In this document: positions 1-9,691 of the stretch, one piece after another
Position numbering within the stretch: the first letter of the stretch is position 1
How the letters are laid out: each line of letters begins with the position of its first letter
IMG/VR virus record: IMGVR_UViG_3300043765_000088
Coordinates: 1-29,975 of that record
Strand: one strand, 5' to 3'
Source: a virus
Taxonomy: Duplodnaviria; Caudoviricetes
DNA: 29,975 bases
The notes under the pieces: generated by a model
Told to the model about the DNA's origin: nothing
Databases searched by the model: none
Seen by the model: only the letters and a program-made list of their open reading frames with translations
Made by a program: the position numbers and the translations under genes

Positions 1-238
1 GCATCTGGGTATACTGCTGCATATCGGTCTGGTTAACCCGATTAGTAAATGCAGCTACGGCTGGGAACTGGCCTGCTTGCTGGGTATAATAGGCAAAAGC
101 AGCACTTGGATCCTGCAGGTCGACACCTTGCAATTTGGGATCTGGGATACTGCCACCACCGCCATTAAAGATACCGCTACTCAATAGCCCGCCGGCAATG
201 GAGCCAACTGCAGTAATACCAGCAGCAATTAATCCCAT
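1..238 (-). CDS. 5' part of a putative ejection / internal virion (DNA pilot-like) protein; runs off the window edge
   Basis: Not in the ORF track. Translated by hand from ATG at 238-236: MGLIAAGITAVGSIAGGLLSSGIFNGGGGSIPDPKLQGVDLQDPSAAFAYYTQQAGQF..., open to base 1. The Gly/Ala-rich hydrophobic N-terminus followed by a Gln-rich region resembles P22 gp7 / T7 gp14-type ejection proteins. It overlaps the upstream stop codon. Confidence 0.65.
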   Translation of the reverse strand, partial: MGLIAAGITAVGSIAGGLLSSGIFNGGGGSIPDPKLQGVDLQDPSAAFAYYTQQAGQFPAVAAFTNRVNQTDMQQYTQM

Positions 239-765
239 AACTTTAATCCTTCATGTCGGGTTACAAACTCCTTGGCCTTACGTAAGATGATCTCTTTAGG
301 TACAGTCACATTGAAGGTTTCCAGCATCTTGGTTCGTTCCTTGTTCAAAGGCACCTCTGGCATAAGAAAGTTCCAGATACCGGGCGCATCGAAATCATGG
401 AAATTGACTACCAATGGATTGTATTTCTCTTCAATTTGATCCAAGGCTATACTCATTCGATTGATTAGTTCTTCAGCTGGCCAACCCAAATCGGTCAGGC
501 TGTTTAAGACTTCCAGAGCTGGCCGCCGGACCAAAACCAGCTTGGCAGCGGGGAAAACTCTTAAGAGCCGGTCCAGTAACAGAGTGTTCAAGCTGTCACT
601 GGTACCGACATATTGTTTACCAGTTGAACGAAAGAGCAGAGGCAAGTCCTCTATCCCGCACTCATTAAACGGTTCATGGAAACAGTGGCTGGCATTGTAA
701 GACAAGAAGTTGGCCAGCCATGCTGTCCGTGACCGAGGGAGTGCGCAGATAAAGAACGTGTTCAC
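229..765 (-). CDS. Sulfotransferase-like P-loop protein (~178 aa)
   Basis: N-terminal FFICALPRSRTAWLANFL resembles the 5'-PAPS-binding loop (xxPRSGTTWL), followed by CFHEP and KLVLVRRP..EV..S (3'-PB-like). The start is better placed at GTG 765-763, which overlaps the upstream TGA (GTGA), than at 798. Confidence 0.6.
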   Translation of the reverse strand: MNTFFICALPRSRTAWLANFLSYNASHCFHEPFNECGIEDLPLLFRSTGKQYVGTSDSLNTLLLDRLLRVFPAAKLVLVRRPALEVLNSLTDLGWPAEELINRMSIALDQIEEKYNPLVVNFHDFDAPGIWNFLMPEVPLNKERTKMLETFNVTVPKEIILRKAKEFVTRHEGLKLWD

Positions 766-1049
766 GTACGTTTGCCGCTGTCCCAGTCTTGCTGGCAAGC
801 AATCTGTGCCTCTAGTAAAGTATGAACATCTTGGGCTACCACATTGTTGATGGTACCTTTTCCTCTTTTTTCTAGTACGATAACTACAAAAGTACCGTTC
901 TCATTATCATGAATCCGGTAAGTTGTATTTGGACTAGGTGCTCCAACTAGTGCAGCTGTAGTTGGTTCCTCAGCTACAGTTATAACTTTTCCTGCAACGA
1001 TCTCAGGCACCTTTTCCATGGATCCTTGTTTCCAATTGATATTACTCAT
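762..1049 (-). CDS. Hypothetical protein (95 aa)
   Basis: ATG start 6 nt after the previous stop; fills the gap in the operon exactly; no recognisable motif. Confidence 0.7.
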   Translation of the reverse strand: MSNINWKQGSMEKVPEIVAGKVITVAEEPTTAALVGAPSPNTTYRIHDNENGTFVVIVLEKRGKGTINNVVAQDVHTLLEAQIACQQDWDSGKRT

Positions 1050-1055
1050 ATGTTT

Positions 1056-3197
1056 CTACCATCCGGTATCTGCTACAAAATGAAAACGATAAGATTGATT
1101 GGCTACACTGCTGGTCATGGAGATGTAATCCAATGACTTGGTAGTAACCTCAGCACTGGTAACAGTATAGGAAATATTTCCAGGATAAGATGTAGCCTGA
1201 TTGATTGTACCGTTACTGTAATTATATGCGGTTATCACAGGCACTTTAGCCATTGATACCGGTAATGAAATAGTGCCGAAACCATAACCAGCGGCAAAAG
1301 AGTTCATCCACTTTTCACCTGCAGCACCAGATGCGCCTACAGCTATACTATCCTCATAACTTTTATAGAAATAGCGGAGACAATCTTGACGATTAGCCGT
1401 GTACTCTTTATCGATAATGCCACTGGTCGAAGCACCTGGCTCATGTTGGACAAAAGCTATATCCAAGGTTGAACCTACGGGAGAAGCGGCAAAATTACTC
1501 TGGCCAGAGGCACCTTTTACATTACTAGCTTGCCAAATATTATTGGCTGTAGCCATAAGTGAGCTTCCGGCAAATAGGCAAAGACTAAGCGTATACCCTA
1601 CCGTACCTGGACCTAAAGGCCAAGTAGCACTAGTGCTCCAGGCTGCGATATTAGGTAAAGATACTATTGTCCAGGTATTAGCTGCGGTAAGTGCAACGGA
1701 TAAAGTTAAACTATAGGTTGGAGTACCGCTTTGTAGAGCTAGCCCAATTGTTATATTGGGCACACTGGAGCGTAAGACCAGAGTTGCTGAAGTTACACCA
1801 GCAATCAATTCTCTAAGGCGAATGCCTTCAACTGCTTGTTGTAGCCAAGCTGCATCTGAAGCGCCCAAAGTTGCTTGCTGGGCGGTAAGAGTAATTCGAT
1901 AAAAACTGGAAGACAGACTGAAATTTGCTCCAGGTAAAACTACACCACCAAGCGAAGCAGTTTGTTTACCAGTAAATGCGGCAGCTCCTGTAGTACTTAT
2001 ACCCCATAACCATCGATCTTGGCCCCAAGTACCATTGGCCCCTGAGCTGCCGGCCCCGGCAGTACGCATATCAATTTCAAAATTCGGGTTACTAATCGAA
2101 TTGAAACTTCGAACAATAGGCGCTACCAGCTTGATCTGACTAGGCAGATCATGACAAGTGTTATCACCACCAATGTAATCAGTAGCCAGTCCACTAACTT
2201 TAGTAAGCAATCCTGCCTGGGTTGTATCAGCCAGGGGTACAGTCGGCCCCACCGGTACTGGATAAGAAGCCTTGATACAATAGGTCAGAACCAGGAATGG
2301 GCTTAGAGTATTGTGTCCAGAACTACTTCCAATTGATGCTTCTGAAGCACTGATCCCAGTTGTATTTGAGTTATCCCAGAAGGCTGCAGCGTTAACTACA
2401 GAAGCTCCAGTAGTGGCAGCATAAATTCCAATCCCAGTACCAGCGGCATAAATGCCAATTCCAGTCCCGGCTGCTTGAACAGTATTATTTACGCCTGCTC
2501 GGAAAGGCTGAGCCAAGGGGTTACCCGCTCCATAAGCTGGTTGTGCACAATAGCCCGGTTGATCGTTACCGCCGCCTGCTGCACCATGATAGGAGTAGCC
2601 TAGCAGTGGGTGGGCATGCGCAGGGTCAGACACCGAGTGAGCATGGCCAGGATCTGAGATCGAATGGGCATGGCCAGGATCTGAAAAACTATGCCCGTGG
2701 GCTGGTACAACATGGGCATGCCCTGGATCTGAGATTGTGATCCCATGACTGTGCGCCGCCATCTCGGCTATGCTTAAGACATGGGTTTCCTCACCACCAG
2801 TCGCACCTAAAACTCGATTAGTTAGCCCGGTCCCTTGTCCTCCGCCCAGGATCATCCGCCCTAATAGGTTCGGTAAATTGAATGTAGTCGAACCATCACC
2901 CTGTCCAAAAGGCGAATTGACGCCACCTAATATGGTATAAAGATTAGCAAAGGTATTTCTACTCTGGGCACTCCCATCACAAAGCAGACTTCCCGTTGGT
3001 GGAGTAAGACTAGGCCAGGCAAAAATGGTACCAATCAGCATTCCTTCCGGCCCAACCGGACCTTGTGATCCAGTGGGGCCAGTACCACCCGGTCCTTGAA
3101 TACCTTGTGGTCCTTGTGCACCACCTGGGCTAACCAGTGCGCCAGTCGGTACCGCAGTACCGGGTACGGCATCCTGCTGAGTTGGTGATCCGTTCAT
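1056..3197 (-). CDS. Fibre protein: short collagen, tail-collar domain with HxH needle, linker, C-terminal putative receptor-binding domain ending ADTGW
   Basis: Gly-X-Y triplets; collar motif [33 protein letters not shown]...[18 protein letters not shown]; six HxH motifs; the C-terminal ~350 aa are paralogous to 20154..21383 and 21387..22931. Confidence 0.9.
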   Translation of the reverse strand: MNGSPTQQDAVPGTAVPTGALVSPGGAQGPQGIQGPGGTGPTGSQGPVGPEGMLIGTIFAWPSLTPPTGSLLCDGSAQSRNTFANLYTILGGVNSPFGQGDGSTTFNLPNLLGRMILGGGQGTGLTNRVLGATGGEETHVLSIAEMAAHSHGITISDPGHAHVVPAHGHSFSDPGHAHSISDPGHAHSVSDPAHAHPLLGYSYHGAAGGGNDQPGYCAQPAYGAGNPLAQPFRAGVNNTVQAAGTGIGIYAAGTGIGIYAATTGASVVNAAAFWDNSNTTGISASEASIGSSSGHNTLSPFLVLTYCIKASYPVPVGPTVPLADTTQAGLLTKVSGLATDYIGGDNTCHDLPSQIKLVAPIVRSFNSISNPNFEIDMRTAGAGSSGANGTWGQDRWLWGISTTGAAAFTGKQTASLGGVVLPGANFSLSSSFYRITLTAQQATLGASDAAWLQQAVEGIRLRELIAGVTSATLVLRSSVPNITIGLALQSGTPTYSLTLSVALTAANTWTIVSLPNIAAWSTSATWPLGPGTVGYTLSLCLFAGSSLMATANNIWQASNVKGASGQSNFAASPVGSTLDIAFVQHEPGASTSGIIDKEYTANRQDCLRYFYKSYEDSIAVGASGAAGEKWMNSFAAGYGFGTISLPVSMAKVPVITAYNYSNGTINQATSYPGNISYTVTSAEVTTKSLDYISMTSSVANQSYRFHFVADTGW

Positions 3198-5884
3198 AAA
3201 AACATTAACGAGCCTGAATATTCCATGGTGCCGAGTAAAAGAAGTTGTGCGCCAGCTCCCATTGTTTGGGCAGCAGTATCAAGTCGCGTTAGGCCAACTC
3301 CAGCCAGGCTATTAGCAAAGCACCAGTAAACCCCAACTGTTGTCCCAGCCGGGTTAGTAGCCTGAATTAAATAAATTGAGTTAGCTACTGAGGCGTATAT
3401 TCGGAGCTTGATTGGTATGCCGTAAGGCAAATGATTCAGGTTGATTGTAGTTTGGGTAGCATTTCCAGTTATATAAACATCGATGGCATCAAACCCAGCA
3501 CACTCCACAGTAACAGTAGCCTGGGCACTGAGGTAAGTGGCATTCCGGGTAATTGTCGTAATTATTCGCCAGGAAGCACCGTCATAAACGGCACCAAAAA
3601 CTCTACCACCTGGAATCTCAGTAGAACTAATCGCTACATTAGCCCGGTTAACTATTGGTTTTACCCCGGTACCATTAACATTGAGGGTTGGCGCAACTCC
3701 ACAGGGATTAGTAGGTAGTACCCAAACTACTACACCAGGAGTAAGGACAAAATCACCGGCAACACTGACTATGTACGCGCCGGAATTAGTCGTATCTGTA
3801 CCATAGTATCGACCTAAAGCTAAAGCTGCGACGGCATTAGCCAGGTTCTGGGCAGTATCAGTACCATCAATAAAATCAGTAGTTCGACCACTCAATGTGG
3901 CCATCAAGCCTGGTGCTGTGGTACTGGCTAGTGGTATCGCTGGTGCTTGAGCTGGAGTTAAAAGCGTAACCTGGTTCCCAGCCTTGGATACAACCTGCAT
4001 TGATCCTGGCTTACCAGTGCCACCACCAGCCTGATCAATCCAAAGCATCTGCCCTGGTACAACCCAGCTGGCATCTGAGACGGTGGCAACAATTGTTTGA
4101 CCAACTGGTGGTACAGTGAATCCAGCACTGGTTAAAGTAACTGCATTAGTTCCAGCTGGACCAGTTGGTCCTGCACCTCCAGCCGGTCCTGTCGGACCAG
4201 TTGGTCCTATTGGACCTGAGCCACCGACATTTGCTCCGGAGGCTACAACTGTCCCGGGTGCTGCGTTTACGGAGTAACCAAGATTTATACAAGTAGCAAC
4301 ACTCCCAGCTACTGAACTAACTGTGTAATAACCACCACCACCAATGTAAAGAACCAGGCCTTGCGAAACTCCAACCACTCCAGTCAAAGTAATTGCTACC
4401 GAAGCATTAACTGCCGGCTGGGTAAAAGCTGCTGCGGTAGTTGTGGCAACCGTAGTTCCAGCTGGTCCAGGAGGGCCAGTTGCGCCAGTTGCTCCCGGTG
4501 TTCCAGCTGCTCCAGTAACACCCGGAGGGCCTTGCGCACCGGTAGCAGATACCAAGCTTCCTTGTGCAACATTGGTCCCTACCGGAACTACTGGAGAAAT
4601 ACTGGTCAATATTACCTGGTTCCCAGTCTGAACAGCCTGGACCTGGAAGGAACCGGCTCCCGCAATAAACACATTGCAATTCGGTATAAGCCATGCCGTG
4701 TTATCAAATGGAACGGTTACAGTTTGTCCTATAGCAGGAGAACTGAATGGTGCTGTAGTCTTACTTAGCGAACTGATTCCAATTGGTCCTTGAGCACCAG
4801 TTATTCCAGCTGATCCACTGGATGTAATTAAACCGCCGGAAGGAAGAACTGTTCCTGGCGGTTGGTTTGCTGGTACTCCGGTATTAAGGATCGTTAGGGT
4901 CTGGGCATCATTTACCTGTTGAACAAGGTAATACCCAAGATTATTCAAGAACACATACTGCCCAGCCTGGACCCAATTGGTAGCAACTACCTTGAGTGTT
5001 CCATTTACGTTTACTGCCGGAGCAGTAAATGCAGCAGTTGTAGTAGTAAAACAACCTTGCCCAATTGGTCCAGTCGGTCCGGTTAATCCAGTCGGACCAG
5101 CAACTCCTACCGGTCCTTGTGGCCCAGAGCCAATTACTGGAGTTCCACTTGGAATAGCGGTGCCAGCTGCCGGGTTACCCGGTGTACCGATATCAGTAAT
5201 CGTGACATGAGTGCCGTCTGGTACTGCTGTTACACTATAATAACCAACCCAGCTGGGAGTATTAAAATAAAGAACTGTACCTGGAATCAGGCCGGTACTG
5301 GAATTTACCGGTACAGTTACAGTAGCAGGTGACTTAGCTGGAGTAACTGCTGCTGCACTGGTAACTGAAGAATACGCTACTCCCGGTGGTCCAATTGGTC
5401 CCTGTACCCCTTGTGGTCCAGTTGAACCAATATTGCCCTGTGGCCCTTGCGGACCAATTGGCCCAATTGAACCGGAAATTGATACCTGATTACCAACTGG
5501 GATTGTCGTACCTGAAGCTGCATTTCCAGTAGCTCCAGTATTAAGCAGCCCGACTGTACCTGAAGCTAGAGAATGGACTGTAAAGTAACCCGCACCCTGA
5601 ACATAAACTTCCATCCCAAGCTGAAGCCAGTTGATTGGCGTCATGTTCACCACTACCTGGGTCTGACCATCAGCTGGTGGTACTTGAAATGGAAGTGTGG
5701 TAAGGCTGACTACACCCTGCCCAGCTGCACCGGTTGGTCCTATTGGCCCAGTCGGGCCAGTTATTCCAACTGGGCCAGCTGGACCTTGTGGCCCTTCTGG
5801 GCCAGTAAAATCGATCTGAGTTTGAATCGGCCCAGCCGGCTGGATATCGACATTGATTGTACCAGTGTAATCTAGAGTTGGCAT
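3194..5884 (-). CDS. Long collagen-like fibre protein with six ~80-aa beta-rich repeat modules
   Basis: Gly-X-Y runs alternate with a repeated module (TT..FT.P.V...V.V.....W...G..VY..G.GYY.V..V....T..N.G...N..PGT.V.SG..V..SG); the sixth copy is truncated; the C-terminal region contains [13 protein letters not shown]...VYDGASW. Confidence 0.9.
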   Translation of the reverse strand: MPTLDYTGTINVDIQPAGPIQTQIDFTGPEGPQGPAGPVGITGPTGPIGPTGAAGQGVVSLTTLPFQVPPADGQTQVVVNMTPINWLQLGMEVYVQGAGYFTVHSLASGTVGLLNTGATGNAASGTTIPVGNQVSISGSIGPIGPQGPQGNIGSTGPQGVQGPIGPPGVAYSSVTSAAAVTPAKSPATVTVPVNSSTGLIPGTVLYFNTPSWVGYYSVTAVPDGTHVTITDIGTPGNPAAGTAIPSGTPVIGSGPQGPVGVAGPTGLTGPTGPIGQGCFTTTTAAFTAPAVNVNGTLKVVATNWVQAGQYVFLNNLGYYLVQQVNDAQTLTILNTGVPANQPPGTVLPSGGLITSSGSAGITGAQGPIGISSLSKTTAPFSSPAIGQTVTVPFDNTAWLIPNCNVFIAGAGSFQVQAVQTGNQVILTSISPVVPVGTNVAQGSLVSATGAQGPPGVTGAAGTPGATGATGPPGPAGTTVATTTAAAFTQPAVNASVAITLTGVVGVSQGLVLYIGGGGYYTVSSVAGSVATCINLGYSVNAAPGTVVASGANVGGSGPIGPTGPTGPAGGAGPTGPAGTNAVTLTSAGFTVPPVGQTIVATVSDASWVVPGQMLWIDQAGGGTGKPGSMQVVSKAGNQVTLLTPAQAPAIPLASTTAPGLMATLSGRTTDFIDGTDTAQNLANAVAALALGRYYGTDTTNSGAYIVSVAGDFVLTPGVVVWVLPTNPCGVAPTLNVNGTGVKPIVNRANVAISSTEIPGGRVFGAVYDGASWRIITTITRNATYLSAQATVTVECAGFDAIDVYITGNATQTTINLNHLPYGIPIKLRIYASVANSIYLIQATNPAGTTVGVYWCFANSLAGVGLTRLDTAAQTMGAGAQLLLLGTMEYSGSLMFL

Positions 5885-5886
5885 AG

Positions 5887-7053
5887 CTATCGATTGGTAC
5901 AGGTGTAGTACAGGGTGAGATAACCGCTATTAAAAACATCACCAACAGATTGGGCACTGATAGTGATATTGACCGTATCAACAAAAATTAAATAGGAACC
6001 GGCTTGTCCAGCAGCAGGTAAGGGAAGCCAGCCGTTCTTAGTCGAATCATGCGCCCAGCCATCATGATGAATAATGTTGGCTAAAAAAGTGATATTGTGC
6101 GCAACTGTGCCGGTATTATTACTACCTGGTAACGCACCCAGATTGATTGTTTTTTGGTAAACCTTGCTTCCATCAAGCCAGAGCCGGCCAGTCCATTGCT
6201 CATTAGTCGAATAGTTTAGTACACCCGTGGGCGGTAACGCTATCCAGGCACTACTCTGGCGCCCATAAAACTGGCCATCAGTTGGTGCTTCCGGTACTGA
6301 TCTAGACCAGGTTGCGTTTTCTCTGCCATAAATTGTTCCATCTTGGGGTGCTTCCAATACTACGGTCGGCGGAAGCTCATTAATCGGAAGCAATCCATTT
6401 TGATCTAGACCGGCATACCCATTGGGGTAATTCTTACTAGTTTGTAACTCAACTATTCCAATAGTACCGCTTACACTGGCCCAAGGAATACTATCAGCTG
6501 TATCTACAATCCCGTTATTGTTTTTGTCATAAACGCTTAAGCGCATCTCACCACCAGCGTCAGCAAACATGGCATGATCAACCAGATCTGGATTAGTTGA
6601 TCCGGCGCCAATAGCGTAGTCAGTCTTGAGCATGACATCACCGACTACGCCACCACTGGGAGGCGGGGTACCACCACCACCGACTGGTGGAACATTACCA
6701 TTCCCGGTACTCATCATTCCTGGTACTGCCGTAATCGGCCAGGTGCCGGCCATGATCGTAGTGATATTTCCAACTGGATCGGCCATATCCAGGTTGAAGT
6801 AATACGATCCTGGCTCAAGCGTACCAGTCAGACTACCTGGAACTTCAAAAGTAGTTTCTCCGTTTGGAGAAAGTGCAGTCTGAATCCAGCTGATATTAAC
6901 TGGTGGCTGGAGCTTGCCACTTAAGTCTTTGTTGGCAATAAAGGAAAAGGCATATCCGGTAATATCAATTGGTGACCCGTTCTGGTTGACGATCACATTA
7001 AACGTCATCGAGTTGCCCTTGGGGCAAGCTGGAAGTCCAACAGTATTACCCAT
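5887..7053 (-). CDS. Tail fibre / fibre-adapter protein with BppU-like N-terminal Ig domain
   Basis: N-terminal FNVIV..NGSPIDITG...L.PG.YYF.L...D..G.ITT...G pattern; two EAPxDGxxYGR...W repeats; NGYAGLD.NG..P motif; C-terminal YSTNEQWTG..WLDG.KVYQKT domain seen in phage fibres. Confidence 0.7.
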   Translation of the reverse strand: MGNTVGLPACPKGNSMTFNVIVNQNGSPIDITGYAFSFIANKDLSGKLQPPVNISWIQTALSPNGETTFEVPGSLTGTLEPGSYYFNLDMADPVGNITTIMAGTWPITAVPGMMSTGNGNVPPVGGGGTPPPSGGVVGDVMLKTDYAIGAGSTNPDLVDHAMFADAGGEMRLSVYDKNNNGIVDTADSIPWASVSGTIGIVELQTSKNYPNGYAGLDQNGLLPINELPPTVVLEAPQDGTIYGRENATWSRSVPEAPTDGQFYGRQSSAWIALPPTGVLNYSTNEQWTGRLWLDGSKVYQKTINLGALPGSNNTGTVAHNITFLANIIHHDGWAHDSTKNGWLPLPAAGQAGSYLIFVDTVNITISAQSVGDVFNSGYLTLYYTCTNR

Positions 7054-7056
7054 AAT

Positions 7057-8985
7057 TTAGATTGGTTGATTACGAAGTACACCCGTCATCCAGCCACGCA
7101 TTTGCACATTCAAATTCCCGGTTGCACTACCTCGGTGTGCCCGCAGCTCGTCATTCAAAATTTTATAGGCCCGCTGTTCATGTATCTGGGCGATATCCAA
7201 CTTCTGCGCCTCTTCATTGGCAATAGCGAATACCATCTCTTTTAATGCCGGATAGCTGGTTACAGTGAGAAAGTCTTCTGGATTCCATACCTTGGCAGCT
7301 TTGAGCTTGCACTGGCAATAGGCAGCTGCATCGAAAGGAAGCGGGTCATGACCTAGGCCGCCAATAAACCAGCGGCGGAATTCAGCAACCTTCATCCAAG
7401 GTGGCATACTCGCTAGAGTCTGGCCATAAGCCCAGAGTTGGATTGTGCCTATAGTCAGCGGCTTAATAATAGCCGTGATATTTTGGAACAGATTAAAGGA
7501 AGTGTTATTAACCAAAACCTGTTCACCCTTCCAGGCGATACCATTAAGCTCAACTCCGGTATTAACTTCATTTCCATTCTGATCATAACCTTGAATCAAA
7601 ACCCATTGATTTACATCAGCCGCAGTAGTTGAACCCACCATGATATTAACTGGATCCCTTAAAGAGAAAAAAGTAGGTCCGGTACCACGATCAATAGCCG
7701 ACATAGGAGGGAAATCACTTTTGGTCTTCATCCCCACAGACCCCTCCTGGCTTTCAAACCATCGGTTCCGCATGATCATGGACCGGTTTTGAATGGCTAG
7801 GGTAGTAATAGATTCTACATTGGGCGGTGGAATCACATACCCTTCACCTAAAATCTTTAGCCAGAGATTGATTACCGTATCTTTCCAGTACCCTTGGCTG
7901 ATTAATCGTTCCTGAGCTGTGTTTAATCCCCTGGTTATATTACGCAGACCTACCCGCAAAAACTGTGGATTCTCTAAAGCCAGCCTAGCTCGAACATGAC
8001 CTAGTTGATTCTTATCGTAATTAGCTTCATCATTGATACACTGTGCCTTACGATAACTTACTCTGGTTGGATCTTGCTGGTATTGCTTGGCTTCAGCCTG
8101 TAATAGATCAAGCGCACGCTTATGGAACTCAGCACTGGATTGGAAATCATTCCCATCCTCGCGATCCAGTGCCATCATCTCCAGGCGAAGACCGCCCATA
8201 TTGGACAGAATCAGGAAATCCGTATCATTCTGGATGGGCAAGAATCGTCTGATTCCCGTTACTCGAACTCGGACCGGTGGTGCACTTGGATCTACAGTTG
8301 GGATATCGTCGCAGTAGTAACGACGGTACGCGGGAACGCGCTCGGTCGGATCCAAAATTGCCAGCATTATATGGTTACCGGCATTTGATGGATCAACCTC
8401 ATAAACTCGGACTGGCCCAACAGTCTGAGGTTTCTCCATATTAGTGATACGCGAGAAAGTATTTACTGTAGTCGCACCAGCTATGGTCAAATCAACTAAT
8501 TCGCCTGGCATATAGCCTTGCGGCTGTGTGGTATAAATCTCATTCCCATTTGCATCCAAGCCAAAGATCCGAATCTGGGCGCCAGTAGCTTCAGTAAATT
8601 GCGTGTAAACAATAAGCCGTCCTGGAGTACAGATATCAAAGAGGGTTGGATACTCACCTCGATCAACTAGGACTAGATCATTCAAGAATTCCGGGTCGAC
8701 ATAGGTGCTGGGATTCTCAACTGAGTACCAGCCACTGGTTACATCCAGGCTTTGATCAAGAATAAAAACCTCCATTACTGTCTCAATCTCGCGTGGTAAA
8801 GTGAAACACTTAGCTTGAGTGCAAACCTTGTATTCCTGCACCATCCCAACAAAGATGCCGCCAGCCATCAAACGTTCAGTAGCCTGATTAATTCGATCCG
8901 GTACACGCGGATCGGTAACCGGCACCCCGTTATCCACTGCCCGACAGAGTTGCGGCCTGGCTTCAGCTAAAGTAATTCGTGCCAT
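7057..8985 (-). CDS. Putative head-tail adaptor (tail tubular protein A-like) made of two tandem homologous halves (~642 aa)
   Basis: Start placed at ATG 8985 (MARITL..), 1 nt after the upstream stop. Each half has an N-terminal helical part (IN.A.ERL...G), a beta-rich middle and C-terminal helices, as in podovirus adaptor proteins. The duplication is visible directly; the function is inferred. Confidence 0.6.
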   Translation of the reverse strand: MARITLAEARPQLCRAVDNGVPVTDPRVPDRINQATERLMAGGIFVGMVQEYKVCTQAKCFTLPREIETVMEVFILDQSLDVTSGWYSVENPSTYVDPEFLNDLVLVDRGEYPTLFDICTPGRLIVYTQFTEATGAQIRIFGLDANGNEIYTTQPQGYMPGELVDLTIAGATTVNTFSRITNMEKPQTVGPVRVYEVDPSNAGNHIMLAILDPTERVPAYRRYYCDDIPTVDPSAPPVRVRVTGIRRFLPIQNDTDFLILSNMGGLRLEMMALDREDGNDFQSSAEFHKRALDLLQAEAKQYQQDPTRVSYRKAQCINDEANYDKNQLGHVRARLALENPQFLRVGLRNITRGLNTAQERLISQGYWKDTVINLWLKILGEGYVIPPPNVESITTLAIQNRSMIMRNRWFESQEGSVGMKTKSDFPPMSAIDRGTGPTFFSLRDPVNIMVGSTTAADVNQWVLIQGYDQNGNEVNTGVELNGIAWKGEQVLVNNTSFNLFQNITAIIKPLTIGTIQLWAYGQTLASMPPWMKVAEFRRWFIGGLGHDPLPFDAAAYCQCKLKAAKVWNPEDFLTVTSYPALKEMVFAIANEEAQKLDIAQIHEQRAYKILNDELRAHRGSATGNLNVQMRGWMTGVLRNQPI

Positions 8986-8986
8986 A

Positions 8987-9691
8987 TCAAGTAGTGTATC
9001 CAACAAACTGCACAAATCCCAGGGCGAGGTAAGGTGGGATCAAACTGATTGGCGCTTGTCCACCAGTACCGGTCAGCGGATAAGTCCAAATACCATCAGC
9101 TACATCACCGTATCCAGTTACTCCAACCATGTTACCACCTTGAAATCCATCTCTGGTATTCAAGGTAATAGTCATGTAAGGCAGATTCTGTAGCTGGATT
9201 TGAAAAGTAGCTCTACCGCCAGAGTATGCATCATACCCATCTACATTGGTGACCCAGGCATACCAACCATCACAACGGTATCCAGGAACAATGAATTTAT
9301 TGGTCAAGTTCTGAGTACCATTGTTACCATTGGCAATTGCCCACCCATCCCAAGGCAACGTAGCCAGTCCCAAACCGGTAGAATCAAAATAGGTATTCCA
9401 ATCTCCAGCATACATGGTGACCTGGGCCGGGTTACCTGTACCCACTTGGCGCCAGCGTCCATTGTACATGACATAAAGTCCCAATGGTCGGCCAACTGAA
9501 TCAGTCTTTAGCCAAAGCTTATTCTGATCCTGAGCTAAAGGTGTGTTTGGTCCTTTAACTAGAAGCACATAATCTGGATCAAACTGGTAAAGGGTGTACT
9601 GAGCAATAGTCGCTAAGAGACTCTGGAAAGTCGAAGGTGCGCTTAAACTCTTTGGGAACTGTAATGGCTGCGCTCTGATCTGGATTGACAT
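8987..9691 (-). CDS. Short fibre/spike protein with tail-collar-like domain (paralog of 9691..10677)
   Basis: GWAIANGNNGTQNLTNKFIVPG and C-terminal IPPYLALGFVQF are collar-domain-type motifs; TAATG overlap with the upstream gene. Confidence 0.7.
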   Translation of the reverse strand: MSIQIRAQPLQFPKSLSAPSTFQSLLATIAQYTLYQFDPDYVLLVKGPNTPLAQDQNKLWLKTDSVGRPLGLYVMYNGRWRQVGTGNPAQVTMYAGDWNTYFDSTGLGLATLPWDGWAIANGNNGTQNLTNKFIVPGYRCDGWYAWVTNVDGYDAYSGGRATFQIQLQNLPYMTITLNTRDGFQGGNMVGVTGYGDVADGIWTYPLTGTGGQAPISLIPPYLALGFVQFVGYTT

